A stretch of 64,000 nt of DNA from Octopus vulgaris (taxonomy: Eukaryota): assembly GCA_951406725.2 (NCBI GenBank), contig OX597815.1, positions 159,464,001-159,528,000 on the forward strand. Direction: 5' to 3'. Numbering within the stretch: position 1 is the stretch's first letter; every line of letters begins with the position of its first letter. The position numbers were made by a program, and so were the translations under genes. Of this stretch, positions 1 through 13,668 are shown in pieces. Under the pieces are notes generated by a model. That model saw only the letters and a program-made list of their open reading frames with translations. It was not told where the DNA came from and did no database searches.

Positions 1-2790
1 GCATTAGGAAGGGCATCCAGCCATAGAAATCATGCCAAAGTAGATAATGGAGTCTGGTGCAGCCCCTGGCTTTACCAGCTCTGATCAAACCTTCCAACCC
101 ATGCCAGCATAGAAAACAGATGTTAACTAGTGATGATGATGATGATAAGGTATGATAGCAAGAATGTTAGAGTTCTTGGTTCTGCACCTTGAGCACAGTT
201 CAAATTGTACAACAGCTGTGCTCTTGAGCAAGGCACCTTGTTCGTCTTATATTGTTTGATTGGAAATAATTTCCATTCCAATTTCATTATTAAATAGTTT
301 GAAGGAAGAAAAATTTTTTTGTTTGTTTTTATCTAAAGTTAGTCAGGAAAGGAGATGCAATGCTCATGTCATTTTGCAGAGCTTCCCAGACTAGTGAAAT
401 TCATGTGTTGACGTCTGGCCTGAATATTTGCAAGAAAAATTCAGTGGGTGGGTACTAGGGGCTCTAGTCTAAAGACTTGCAGCAAAATGCACTTTGCGAA
501 AAGTATCTGCAGACAAGATCTAGTAATAGCAGTGGTCGTAGTTGTAGCAGCAGCAACAGTAGTAATAGTAATAATAGTACTGGCAGTGGTGGTGGTGGTG
601 GTAGTAGTAGTAGCAGCAGCAACAACTGTTTACTTCAGGTCAGCCCTTTTTAAATAGATGTATGATTTAAGAAGTTCCAACCATGGCCTTTTCTCTTGTC
701 TGTTTTTTCTCTCCTCTGTTTATCAGCTCAGTTTGCTATGTAGGTGCAGGCATGGTGATGTAGTTTAGAAATATACCTCCCGGACACATAACTTTGAGCT
801 CAGTCCTATTGCACGCCACCTTGAGAAAGTGTATATTTTTCATAGCCTTAGGAAAGAAACTCTACACACATGCACGCACGCGCGCGCTTGAATTTTGTGA
901 GTGTTGATATTTCTTCAAAAAATATCAGTGTTCTACGAACGGTTATGGTTGTCGTCATTTCCCCTGTTGACAAATCATCCATTAGCATTGTGCTTTCAAA
1001 GCTGTGTGGAATAAGAGTTCCCTTACTAGAGAAAAAGACAGGTAAGGGTTAGCAACAGGAAGGGCATTTGGCTGTTAAACAATGCTTCAATAATATACTT
1101 GTCTAACCCATGCGACCATGGAAAAACTAATCTAAAAATGAATATACAAGCAAATATTATTCTAATCTAAAACATTGACCTCAAACCTTGTCAAAAGTTA
1201 TTGCTAGCTTTCTCAAATGGTATCAATATTTATTGATTTCGGTAAAGTGCTATACTGCTTTATAAATCTAAATACATTATGATTTTTTTTCAACCTCTTT
1301 CAATTTGTTTAATCAGGTTTTTTCAGGCCAAAGATTGATTTCTTATACTATAAATAAAATATAACAAGTAACTCTTCTAGTTTAGGCATGTTAAAGGATG
1401 CAAAAAAAAAAAAAGCAGAATAAAAACAAAAATAACAATATTCCACCAATGTAGCAAATTAAAAAAAAATGAAATAGATTCATCTAGAAACCCACAAAAA
1501 CTGCTAAAGATATTGATTTAACTGTTTAGTATTTAACTCTTTAGCATTTAAGCTGGCCATATCCGGCCAAAATATCCTTCTTGTTTTATGTTCAAACTGG
1601 CCAGATGGGGTTTCTCATACCTGCCCTACAATGTCATTCTCGAACGATTAACAATCACATCATCAAAATCACATAGCTACAAGGAAACGCATGATTAATT
1701 CAAAACAATGTGAAGAAATAAGCATTACTTTTGACAGAATAATGTGAATGCTAAAGGGTTTAAACCAGCCATATAAAGCCCAAATATATCCTACCTGTTT
1801 TATGTTCAAACCAGCCAGATTCTGCCTATCACCTACCTTACAATGTTAAATAATCACATCATTGAAATCTGTAAGCAAAAAGATAATGCCTAATAATTCA
1901 AAACGATGTGGATAAATAAGCAATTGCACTTGACAGAGTAACCTGAATGCTAAATAGCTAACGTCTGTTAGGCACAGGAGTGGCTGTGTGGTAAGTAGCT
2001 TGCTTATCAACCACATGGTTCTGGGTTCAATCCCACTGCGTGGCACCTTGGGCAAGTGTCTTCTATTATATCTCCAGGCCAACTAAAGCTTTGTAAGTGG
2101 ATTTGGTTGACAGAAACTTACAGTAACCTATGTGTGTATGTATATATATATATATGTACATATAGATAGATAGGTGTGTGTGTTACTGTCTCTATGTCTT
2201 GACATCATGTGATAATTTTAAATGAGGGTCATTGTTATACAAGTGGTATCCTTTGTATCCAATCTTCTGTAAAAACATGTCTGGTCTCCGAGAAATATTA
2301 CCTTGCTTGAAAAGAGGTGATGATTACCGAGAGGAAGTGCATCAAGTTGTAGAAAATCCACCTCAACATTTTCTATCCAACCCATGCAATCATGGAATAG
2401 TGGACACTGATGATGATGATGATGATGATTTTTTCTTTTTTTTTTTTTTTTTTTTTTTGTCACGAAACATGATTAAGATAATTCTGCAGAATTTGGATAT
2501 TTTATATGAATTCTTTAAAGTAGTGGTTTTGTAGATGAATACGCTGATTTATCTGCAGCCATTGAAGTGAAAGTTTAGATAATTTTTGTAACTCTTTCTT
2601 TACCACATTTCAGATAAAATACACTCTGAATGTGTATTTTGATTAATATTGAAAATAGTAATTTGGAAGGATTTAGGAAAGCAGCTGACTTTTTTTCTTT
2701 CATTTATTAACAGGTATTGAAAAATAACAAAAATGTTCTTAACATAAAATTATGATGGACAACTTTAATTTGAATATGAACATAATATAA

Positions 2791-3030
2791 TATGAAAGGG
2801 TGCTGAAAAGTTCCTGACTTAAGGGTATTGCAAAAAGCACACTCTCATATTTATATGAGAGAGTGCTGAAAAGTTCCAGGGTGTTCTTTTACAGGGCTTA
2901 GAAAAACTGAAGGATCACTGCAATAAGTGTGTGTATCTGGGAGGGGTAATATGTTGGATAAAATCATAATCAACTGATCCTCCTGTATTTTCTTTTACCC
3001 AAAGCCAGGAACTTTCCAGCAACCCCTTGT
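2791..3030 (+). mobile_element. Mariner-derived MITE (second copy at 3501-3702; fragment at 31014-31080)
   Basis: TIR-like gggtgctgaaaagttcctg...ccaggaactttccagcaacccc. The interior encodes a mariner transposase C-terminal remnant (GLEKLKDHCNKCVYL). Confidence 0.75.
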
Positions 3031-3046
3031 TTATATATATATAGTA

Positions 3047-3217
3047 GGTGTAGGAGTGGCTGTGTGGTAAGTAGCTTGCTTATGAACCACATGGTTCTAG
3101 GTTCAGTCCCACTGCATGGCACCTTGGGCAAGTGTCTTCTACTATAGCCTCAGGCCGACCAAAGCCTCGTGAGTGAATTTGGTAGACTGAAACTGAAAGA
3201 AGCCTGTTGTATATATG

Positions 3218-3273
<56 letters not shown>

Positions 3274-3477
3274 TGTGTGTCTGTGTTTGTACCCCCCAAC
3301 ATCACTTGACATCTGGTGTGTTTATGTCCCCGTAACTTAGTGGTTCGGCAGAAGAGACCGATAGAATAAGTACTAGGCTTACAAAGAATAAGTCCTGGGT
3401 TGATTTGTTCAACTGAAAGCAGTGCTCTAGCATGGCCACAGTCACATGACTGAAACAAGTAAAAGAGTAAAAAGAGA
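3047..3477 (+). mobile_element. tRNA-derived SINE family A, full length, with a central (TA)n/(TG)n tract
   Basis: A-box-like tggctgtgtggtaag, B-box-like ggttcagtccc, conserved ccttgggcaagtgtcttct and tail gaaacaagtaaaagag. Near-identical copies at 17470-17858 and 45029-45421; others near 1970, 3750, 10960, 26710, 51090-52265 (+) and 41480-42305, 44785-45585, 56525-57040, 63845-64000 (-). Confidence 0.9.
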
Positions 3478-4224
3478 ATATATATATATATATATATATA
3501 TATGAGGGGGTGCTCAAAAGTTTCTGGCTTTAAGGGTATCATGAAAGGCTTGGTTGGAGGCCCAATTTCCGAGTTCTTTTATGGGGCTTAGAAAAGGGCT
3601 GCTGCAATAAATGTATGAATCTGAGAGGGGAATAAAATCGTAATTACCTGATCCTCCTGTATTTTCTTCTACTCTAAGCCAGGAACTTTTCTGCACCCCT
3701 TTGTGTGTGGTTTTTGTATCATGTAATCTGAGACAGTCTGAGGTGGGTTGCATTTTCAAGGCATGGCTGTGTGGTTGAGAAGCTCACTGTGCTGTCATAT
3801 GGTTTCAGGTTCAGTTGCCATGCCTGGTACCTTGGGTAAGTGTCTTCTATAGCCCTAGGCCAACCTATGCCTTGTGAGTAAATTTTGCTGAGGGAAATTG
3901 CATGGAAGCTTGTCATGTACATATATGTGTGTTTGTATTTGTTTTCCCCACACATTTTCATCTGATGTTTGTTTGTTTACTGGCCTGTGAACTTAGCGGT
4001 TGGGTAAATGAGATAGAATAAAGTATCAAACTTAGAAATAAGTACTGGCGTCAAATTGTTTGACTTAAAACCCTTCAAGTTGGTGCCCCTAGCATGTCTG
4101 AAGTCTAATGACTGAAACAAGTTAAAAATAAAAAGATAATATTTCTTTAAATCCAAAATCATATGATTGAATATCTTATTATTTTGCACTTTTTTTTTAC
4201 TGTGCCCATGCTGTAGATTATATT

Positions 4225-4700
4225 GAAATCAAAATCAAAATTGATGATTGACATCCGTGTTAGTGGAGCGCTAAGAGCACCATCCGAACGTGATCGTTGC
4301 CAGAGCAGCAAACTGGCTTCCATGCTGGTGGCACGTAAAAAGCACCATTTGAGTGTGATTGTTACCAGCGTCGCCTTACTAGCACTCGTGTCGGTGGCAC
4401 ATGAAAAGACATTTGAGCAAGGTTGTTGCCAGTGCCACTGGACTGGCTCCTGTGCAGGTGACATGTAAAAAACACCCTTTGAGCATGGCCAGTACCACCT
4501 GACTGGCCCTCATGCCAGTGGCATGTAAAAGCACCTACTACACTCTCAGAGTGGTTGGCGTTAGGAAGGGCATCCAGCTATAGAAACTCTGCTAGATCAG
4601 ATTGGAGCCTGATGCAGCCATCTGGCTCGCCAGTCCTCAATCAAATCATCCACTCCATGCTAGCATGGAAAGTGGGCATTAAACGATGATGATGATGATA
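4225..4700 (+). mobile_element. RTE 3'-UTR-derived repeat (5'-truncated LINE or tail-sharing SINE)
   Basis: Same gtggcacgtaaaaagcacc modules and gtggttggcgttaggaagggcatccagc...aaacgatgatgat tail as 32680-33064. Further copies near 1-145, 19115, 26460, 30090, 36110, 43460, 57930 (+) and 8780, 41720, 55440 (-). Confidence 0.85.
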
Positions 4701-5040
4701 GTGATTATTGAGCAGTTCTATTTTATTGATCTCTATTAATTTACTAAGTCTACTTTGACATAAAATAGATGCAAGTTAAATAGAATAATACCACAAGATA
4801 GTTTTATTCAGAGCATGGATATATCAATACATGCACACAAAAGCATATGCACATAAACATACACTTACACACAGACATGCACACACATTCTGCTTAGCCT
4901 ATCTCTCACAAAAAAGTATGGCCTGTACTTTGCTCCATGCTCTTGCTAATTGTTTTTTGTGCTACGTCCTCATGAGCAGACATAGGAAGAACTTTTGGCC
5001 CTCCTACCTTTTAACAAACAGAACATTGACAATATGACAA

Positions 5041-5071
<31 letters not shown>

Positions 5072-5986
5072 CTGCATTAGAAGTTGACTGGTTTTCATTT
5101 TCGGCTAGGTAGACTGGAGTAATGTGAAATTATGTGACTGACTTAAAGGCACAATATGTCACTTAGCCTAGGAATTGAACCATGATCCCAACACCCTTAT
5201 CATCAGGCTATATGTCTTAAAATATGAGTTGCCATACACACTCACAAAACAAACTTCAGGACAGTTTCCATTCACCAAATTTCACTGTCTAAGCATTGAT
5301 CAAACTAAGACTGTGGTAGAAAACATTTACCCAAAGTGCTGTGCAGTGGGATTGAACCTAGAACCATGCAGTTGTAAACTTCTTAACTATAGCCACCTCT
5401 ATACCTATATGTTTGTAATGAATTATTCTTTTTTATCCTCTACAGCAAAACATCTGTTTCTCTCACTCTATCATGTTTTAACCTCTTATGTGCATAAAGT
5501 CACCTCCCCCTAGTAGTACACCCACCTTTGTTGAGGGATCTTGTCTTCTCACCCTGTACACTTTGTAAAGCGGTTGGTATTAGGAAGGGTATTCAGTTGT
5601 TGAAGCCATGCCAAAACAGACATTGGAACTTGGTTCAGTTCTCTGGCTTGCCAGCTCCTGTTGAACCATCCAGCCCATGGCAGTGGCAGCAGTGTATTAT
5701 ATCGATTGTTTTTCCAATGTGGTGATGTTCAACAAAAAGGAATTAAGCAAGGTCCTAATAATTGTCTTCCATTGCTGGTTGCATGTGACCCTACTTCTTC
5801 TGATATGCTGAATTTAGTACGTTTTAGACTGTTAACTCTCTTTTTATATTCTAGATAGAATAACATAGCTTTTTGCCATGAAAATTCTGATATGTCAATC
5901 TTTTGAAATTAATCAGCCAGAGATTACTCACCTCTAGTTCACTAATATGAAACCTGTATTAAAAGTGTTCATATATATTTACTTAA

Positions 5987-6573
5987 CCCTTTTGGCATTC
6001 AGGCTGTTCTGTCAAATGTAATAGTTCTTTATTCACATTGTTCTGAATTTGTTGTGTTATCTCATGGTTTCAAGATTTTGATAATATGATTGTTTATTTT
6101 CAAAATGATATTGTAAGGTTGGGGCAAGAGGTTATTTGGCTGGTTTGAACATAAAACAAGTGGAATATTTGGGTTGATTATGGCTAGCTTGGTGGCAAGT
6201 TGGCAGAATCATTAGCACACTGGGCAAAATGCCTAGTGGTATTTTGTCTGTCATTATGTGAGTTCAAATTCTGCTGAGGTCAACTTTGCCTTTCATCCTT
6301 TTGAGGTTGTTAAAATAAGTACCAGTTGAGCACAGAGAGTTGATGTAATTGACTTAACTACTCCTGGGTATGAGTATAAAATTTGCACCCCTCTGCCAAG
6401 CCATGTTGCATCATTGTGGCAGATTAAGCTCATCGAACCTGTATGATCTCAAGCTCAAATTCATAGTCTCCACATCCGACCATGATTGCTGAGACCTTTG
6501 TTCTGCAGTGGACTGAACATGGGTAATCCAATTCAATCCAATCCAGTTCAACAGCCAGTTAAATGCTAAAGGG
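5987..6573. mobile_element. piggyBac-type MITE family 2 with nested insertions (also near 1537-1758, 14867-15074, 24325-24877, 53300-53700)
   Basis: TTAA-cccttt(t/a)gcatt...aatgctaaaggg-TTAA ends and a shared interior. Confidence 0.8.
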
Positions 6574-8234
6574 TTAAACCTGCCACCTTAATTTTCTGTA
6601 AAAATTTTTTTTTTATTTGTTTTATGTTCCAACGATCAACTTATAAAGGAAAGCGTTAATTATCATTTCCTTTATTATCATTATCCTTATGAATCCTTCC
6701 AAAGTCTTGATTATTTTTCAAAAAATAACTGAATAACAAGAACAGTCTATTTCATTAAGAAAATATGCTTTAAGCTCAAAAATTCTATTGTGAATTATTC
6801 CAATTTCTCTATTTTACCTTTGTACTCAGTTGGAGAATAATTACTTGGAAAAAGATTAAAATGCTCTGTTAACTTTAAGGTTAAATGTATCATTGATAGA
6901 AAATCACTTGAGGGTTGAATTCATCAGCAATGAAATAAAAAAGATGTTACTGCAATTAGAGGATTACTGAACAGTTTGTATGTCTGTTATCATTACTGTT
7001 CTACTGGTTCTGTGAATTGGACTGTCATTTATTGGGACAATATTGTGATTAATTATAATTGTTGGTAATTACTAAAGTTCTCAATTAACGAATTACGCTG
7101 CAATTAATTTTTTATTGTAACCTTGATATTTTCCTGAATTTTTCTGTGATTAATTAAAAGTCCTAGTAAAAAGTAAAGCTCTCAAAATAATTAAAACCTT
7201 GCAATTAGTCCTTTATTATTGGCTTGATATTTTCTTTAATTTTTTTCTATTTCTGATTGGATTTGATGTTTTTGCACTGTATAACATCATACTGTACAAA
7301 ACTTCTCGTTAATTTGTATTGTGTTTAAGACAACATTTCTGTGTTAGATTGCTTTTATAAAATATACTTCTCTCTGAAGAAAGTGGGGTCTTCAGAGCCT
7401 TACTTAGAGTATTATACAGTACCAAAAGTTGAGTATGGCCTCATAACCCTTCTGTTTAGAAGTCAGTACTTTAAGGTCTCAGCTATTATATTTTGCTATG
7501 CTTTTAAAAGAAGAATGTTAACTCTGGTGAAAAATATAATAATTAGAATAATGGGCATGTTGTAGGTACACTTTAGGTTTACTAGAACTTGTTGGGAAAA
7601 GGTCATTGAGGAGACAGAAAGCAGCAATGTGCCAAGTAAGAAAGACGGTAATGAAAGCCAAAAGTGCATGAACAGTATACACAGTAAAACACAAAAAGAC
7701 AGAAAATAATAGTAGTAGTAATAATAATAATAATAATAATAATTGTAATAATAATAATAATAATAATAATTGTAATAATAATAATAATGATAATAATAAT
7801 AATAATAATCCTTTCTACTAAAGGCATAATTCCTGAAATTTTGGGAGAGGGAACTAGTCAAGTACATCAACCCCAATGTTTCACTGGTACTTAATTTATT
7901 GACCCTGAAAGAAAGAAAAGCAATGTTGACCTCGGCAGAATTTTAACTCGAAACATAGTGATGGACAAAATGCTGCTAAGCATTTTTCATGCCATGCTAA
8001 CAAGTCTGCCAGCTCGCCACCTTCATAATAATAACAATGATAGTCCTTTCTACTATAGGCACAAGGCCTGAAACTTTTGGGGAGGGGACTAGTTGATTAC
8101 ATTGATCCCAGTGTTTCACTGGTACATAATTCATCAACCCTGAATGAATGAATGGCAAAGTTGACCTTGATGGAATTTGAGTTCAAAACGCATTTTGTCT
8201 GGTGTGCTAATGATTCTGCCACCTCGTCACCTTC

Positions 8235-8285
<51 letters not shown>

Positions 8286-8495
8286 GTAATAATGGTTTCA
8301 AATTTTGCCACAAGGCAGCAGTTTTGGGGGAGAGGATGAGTCGATTATATTGATCTCAGTATTCAACTGGTATTAACTTTATCGATCCCAAAAGGATGAA
8401 TGGCAAAGCTGACCATGGCAAAATTTGAACTCAGAATGTAAAGATGGGTGAAATTCCGCTAAACATTTCACCTGGTGTGCTAATGATTTAATAAT

Positions 8496-8760
8496 ACTTG
8501 GGACATGAAATCTGTGAAGCTTGTAGCTGTGATAATTGGTGCATTAGGAACTGTAAGTGATGACGTAAACAAATGGATACAGGAGACTGGAGTGGAATGT
8601 CCTGTAGAAAGGTTGCCTCTTAGGAACAAGAAAGATCATCAACAGAGTTTTGAGCACTTGATGGCTTAATAAAATCATGTGAAGACCTATGGTTACAGGT
8701 TGTCAAACACTACTTATTTAAATTTTCCCCAGATTAATACCAAACTTGAGTCAAGTCAAG
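8496..8760 (+). mobile_element. R4/Dong-like C-terminal fragment (another at about 58832-58930)
   Basis: TWDMKSVKLVAVIIGALGTVS...CLLGTRKIINRVLST*; at 58832, IQLQKTVLLETARILRRVLGI*. Both lie in (TAA)n-rich context. Confidence 0.7.
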
Positions 8761-8929
8761 TCAAGTAATGATAATGATAATTATTTAATGCCCATTTTCC
8801 ATGCTGGCATAGGTCGGATGGCTTGACAGGAGCTGGTTAGGCCAGCAGCCACACCAGGTTCCACAGTCTATTTTGGACTTGGTTTCTACTGCTGGTTGCC
8901 CTTCCTTATGCCAACCACTTTCCAAACAC

Positions 8930-9279
8930 AAATTTCTCTGTTAACCTTCCTACTATTTCACTGCACCTCTTGTGTGTTCAGTGTAGCTTTCACTGAATTG
9001 AATTTCTAAATGGCTACACTGAATGGAATTTTTGCCTTCAACTTTCCTATATATTGAGCAGGGGCATTTACCTGAAGCTGATAGTCTTGTCTGATTTCTT
9101 GCTTACTTTGTTTTTGCTAGGTCAACTTTAAGACCTTTTGATTTCAAGTTTTGCTTCCACACCTGGAATTTTTTTTTCTTGTTCTCTCATAGATTCCTGC
9201 AGGCCATAACAAAGGCATAAGATTGGAAGCCCATGGGAACTACTATATTGTGACAATTTTGCCCTCATAGCATCTGCAG
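8930..9279 (-). mobile_element. RTE reverse transcriptase fragment with an inverted segment
   Basis: The minus strand gives ESMREQEKK-FQVWKQNLKSKGLKVDLAKTK. Plus strand 9197-9279 gives KIGSPWELLYCDNFALIAS, a decayed YADD motif. Confidence 0.7.
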
Positions 9280-11618
9280 TAATTAAGTATTCTAAGTCTT
9301 TTTTTTGTTGGTTTGTTAGAAGAGCAAAGGTAGTGTCCCTAATCATTGCAGGATCTTAATACTAATAGAGAGAAAGGGTGAAGGGATTGTGACTTATTAC
9401 ATGCAGTTCATTCGGTGGACTGTTGCTGTTTCCATCTATGTAGTTTCACTCAGATGACTAGTCAACCGGAAGCTACAGTAAAAGCCACTCACCAAAGGTG
9501 CTATGAGAACTTTTGTGTTATACAAAATTATATAGTGATAAAAATCAAATCTCATTAGAAACAGGAAAAAAAAATTAAATTCCATTAGAAATTTAAAAAA
9601 ACAAACTTTAGAAAATACCAAGCTAATAATAAAGGACTAATTGCACAGTGTTTAATCAATTTGAAAGCTCTCCTTTTTATTAAGGTTTATAATTGATTGC
9701 AGTAAAATTAAGGAAGATATCAAACTTATAATTAAAAATTAATTGCTACATAATTCATTAACTGAGAGCTTCAGTAATTACCATGATGTGGGATTGAACC
9801 TGAAACCAAATGATTTTAAAACTAATAATCATGCAGCCATACCTGCATTCAAAAATTTTGTCTGACTCAGTGAAGAGTTGTTTTAAATTAAATGAAAAGT
9901 ATACCAGTGTATTGATCTTACAGCATGTTTGTATCATTTTTTTTTTGTTTCTTTTCATAAACCCCAAACTAAAAACTTTGCTTTTTGTATCCTTCTTAAT
10001 ATAGACCTCTCAGCTTTAGGTTGGTATTTAGAGTTTCTCTTAGTGTGGTTTATAAAGGGAAATAATTTTGCAAGATGCCCGAAGACTGTAATATTGGTGT
10101 AAAATTTTTTGCATTAGGCCAGCAATTTTAGTTGAGGGAATAAGTTGATTGCATCAACCCTAGTGTTCAACTGGTACTTATTTTATTGACCCTGAAAGGA
10201 TGAAAGGCAAAGTCTACCTCGGTGGAATTTGAACTAAAAACATAAAGATGGATGAAATGCCTCTGAGTATTTTGCCTGGCATACTAACCATACTGCCAGT
10301 TCACTGTCTTGCTCAATGACTGTAATATTGATTGATTAGATCATTAGTTACATGATAAAATGTGTACTGTTGAACAAAAGGTAATCTCAACTTTCTACTG
10401 AAATATATTTCCCATCATCTTGCTTTACAAACGTTACCAATTAGACAGTAATAGTTATCACAGATATAGTTTGCCTTCAGTTTTATCCTCAAAATTGGCA
10501 TATACATCGATAATAAGATAAGAAAACAGAAATATCTGCTATCTTACATATCCATATGCAATCCCTAAAATCTTGAAATTGGTGTTTACTTTATTGATCT
10601 TAGAAAGATGAAAGGCAGAATCAAGCTAGGTGGTACGTGAACACAGAATGGAATGGAATGGAATGAAACTTAACCAAATTCCATTAGGTATTTTGTGACA
10701 TTCAACCAATTCTTCTATGCACCACCCATATATTTCTAGATATAGAAACTATGCTAAAAATGAAATATCTTGGCAGGATGCATTCTTTCTGCCCGTCTGG
10801 GAGGGCTATAATTTCATATAAGAATTAATTTGAATAAGTAATTCCATACCACCATGGAAAATAGATAAAACGGTGATGGCAATGGTGGCTGCAGCAGTGG
10901 TGCTTCCGCTACTGTATGTGTGTATGTATACCTACCTACCTACATACATACATACATACAAGGTTCCTTGAGTGAGTGTCTTCTGCTACAGCTCCAAGCC
11001 AATTAAAGCTTTGTGATGGGATTTGGTAGACAGAAACTGAAAGAAGCTTGTGTGTGTGTGTCTGTGTCTGAGCTTGTCTCCCTTCCTCTTCGACTGCTTG
11101 ACAACTGGTGATGGTGTGCTAATGTCCCCATAAGTTACTGCTTCAGCAAAAGAGACCGATAGAATAAGTACCAGGATTAGAATTAGTACTGTGGTTGATT
11201 TGTTCACCTAAAATTCTGCAAGGTGGTCCCTCAGCATGACTGCTGTCCAATGACTGAAACAAATATAAGGTAAAAGATCATTAATGAGGGATTATCAATC
11301 CAAGCAAAATACTTTATAAACTTTCTGTTAGTACAAATACATGATTCTAACAGAATTTTTTAGATTAGTAAAGAACTCCACATATACTTGTGGTAGGATC
11401 TGAAATTATAGTTCCTCACCATTCTGTATAGTAAATCCGTGGTTGTATTCCCAGTTAGACAGGTCTTTTACACTGATTGATATATAAAAGATGTACGAAT
11501 GCTTATATATATCATTAAAAAAAAAATCAATAAAGCACTCGGTATTAAAAGAATTTGATTGAAAATGGTCAACAATTTGACACCAGTAAATGTAAGTAGA
11601 ATACAGATCCAGGTAAAT

Positions 11619-11669
<51 letters not shown>

Positions 11670-11710
11670 TAATTAAATAAATGGAGTTGAACGAAGATTT
11701 TAACAAAATT

Positions 11711-11803
11711 CCTTTACTCTTGACATATGTTTCGAAGACAACATAGTTTTATTCCAAAGGAATAAACGGTGCAAGATGCAATCTTCTCATCAGGAAAGAA
11801 AGG
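11711..11803 (-). ncRNA. Type I hammerhead ribozyme motif (Penelope-like element type), left arm of a palindrome
   Basis: The minus strand reads cctttctttc-CTGATGA-gaaga...tcttc-GAAA-catat-GTC-aagagtaaagg. Core intact, stem II closed by 5 bp, palindromic stem III ACATATGT, stem I with a first-position C-A mismatch and one bulge. Confidence 0.75.
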
Positions 11804-11911
11804 GAGCCTCTCTCAACAACAAAACAGGTTTTTTCAAACACTTATTATCGTTTGTTTACCATGTAGGCAGTCATTGCAATTTTTGTTTTGTCTTGTTGTT
11901 GAGAAAGGCTC

Positions 11912-12004
11912 CCTTTCTTTCCTGATGAGAAGATTGCATCTTGCACCGTTTATTCCTTTGGAATAAAACCATGTTGTCTTCGAAACATACGTCAAGAGTA
12001 AAGG
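11912..12004 (+). ncRNA. Type I hammerhead ribozyme motif, right arm of the palindrome
   Basis: CTGATGA at 11922-11928, branched stem II gaaga/tcttc, GAAA at 11982-11985, GTC at 11991-11993, then aagagtaaagg pairing with cctttctttc. Confidence 0.75.
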
Positions 12005-12196
12005 AATTTTGTTAAAATCTTTGTTCAACTCCATTTATTTAATTATTCATATATAACACACAAATTTCTGCACATGAACCCGGAGTTTCTACCCTTGGAC
12101 AAGTTGCTTCAACCGTGTTTCTGATGTGAATTTGCTACCCTGGTATCGGTTCATCGAATTTTCCATGTTGACGGTAAACATAGGATAATTCATTCA

Positions 12197-12229
<33 letters not shown>

Positions 12230-13668
12230 TTAAGCAGAAAACTGTTTAATTATTGTTATTTCTATTATTTGATTTATATTCTGCACACTTGCATATCCTA
12301 AGGTTGCTGCCTCACATCAATTATACACTAAAGAATGGAATGGCATGCAGAGCCCACACCTAAGTCTGATCTTTGGTTACATGTGACAGTTTACTACTCT
12401 ACCTGTCTGTCTGTCTATCTACTTGTCTGTCTATCTACCTGTCTGTCTATCTATCTATCTGTCTGTCTGTCTGTCTGTCTGTCTGTCAATCTTTACCTAT
12501 CTGTCTTTCTATCTATCAACCTAGCTTTTTGTCTATCTATCTACCTATCCATCCATCCATCCATCCATTCATTCATTCATTTGTCCATGAAAAACACGTC
12601 CAGTCATGGGGAAGTTATAACCTTGCTTGAAAACAGGTGAAGGTTGGTGGCAGGAAGGGCATCTAATTATAGAAAATCTGCCTCAACAAATTCAGTTTGA
12701 CCCATGCAAGCTTGGAAAAGTGGACATTAAATGGTAATGATGATGGATATCTGAAAGTGTTAACTTCTAATGGTATCCCCCAGAATTAATGGAACTCATT
12801 AATAAACGATCTTATTTTAGATTGGCTAATAAGTTTTCTGCAATTTTGATTGTAACTTTTCTTTTCTTTATAAAAGTTCATGTCTGTTGAGAAACAGTCA
12901 TAAATCTTTCCTAAAAGACTCAGATACTGTTTTGTTATGATATATGTAAATGAATCAAGTTCACCTGTGTATACTTAGGAAGATAATTTATATTATTTTG
13001 GATAGTTCAATTTATATTGTCATTTTTCCCAAGAGACTAGATTTAATGTGCAGCTAAAAATGAGAAGTAAAATGTAATCACGAGTTTTGTTTTAATTCCA
13101 AACAGTTTTTTAATTGTTCACCATCAGATCACCATCATCATTTTAATGTCTTCTTTTCCTTCCTTGCATCAATCAGACGAAGATTACTGAGGCAAATTTT
13201 CTTCAGCTGGATATCTTTCTTGTGGATAATCCTCATCTGTTTCCAAGCAAGGCAATATTTCCCTGTGGTCAGATATGCTCTTGCAGAATATTGCAAATGA
13301 AGCTTAGAGTTTCAGTATAGGAGACTGATAGAATAAGCACCAGGTTTAAAAGAAAAACTATACTCACATCAATTCATTCAACCAAAAATTCTAAAAATTC
13401 AGTCTAATGACTGAAACAAGTAAAGGATAAAATATAATCCATATTAATAATGTATGTAAATAACATATTTTCTTGTTAAACTTATCTTTAATGAGACATC
13501 AGACCTGATAATATGTTCATGCTGAAATTAATTGTACTAGGATGTTGGAGAGTTGTATCCCCACAAGATACAATATAGCATTGTACAGCTAACTGAAATG
13601 ATTGACTGTCTGATTTTATGATGTGTATTGGCTATTTATGTGAAACTACTGATTCTATTCTTATTCAG

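Noticed and set aside
3047-3120. tRNA gene at SINE heads
   Set aside because: A and B boxes are present but there is no convincing cloverleaf or terminator, and the sequence continues into the SINE body.
12105-12170. Further hammerhead on the minus strand (ttcgatgaaccgat...atcagaaacacggtt)
   Set aside because: The core reads TCGATGA and stems I and II do not close properly. It may be a decayed relative but is not supportable.
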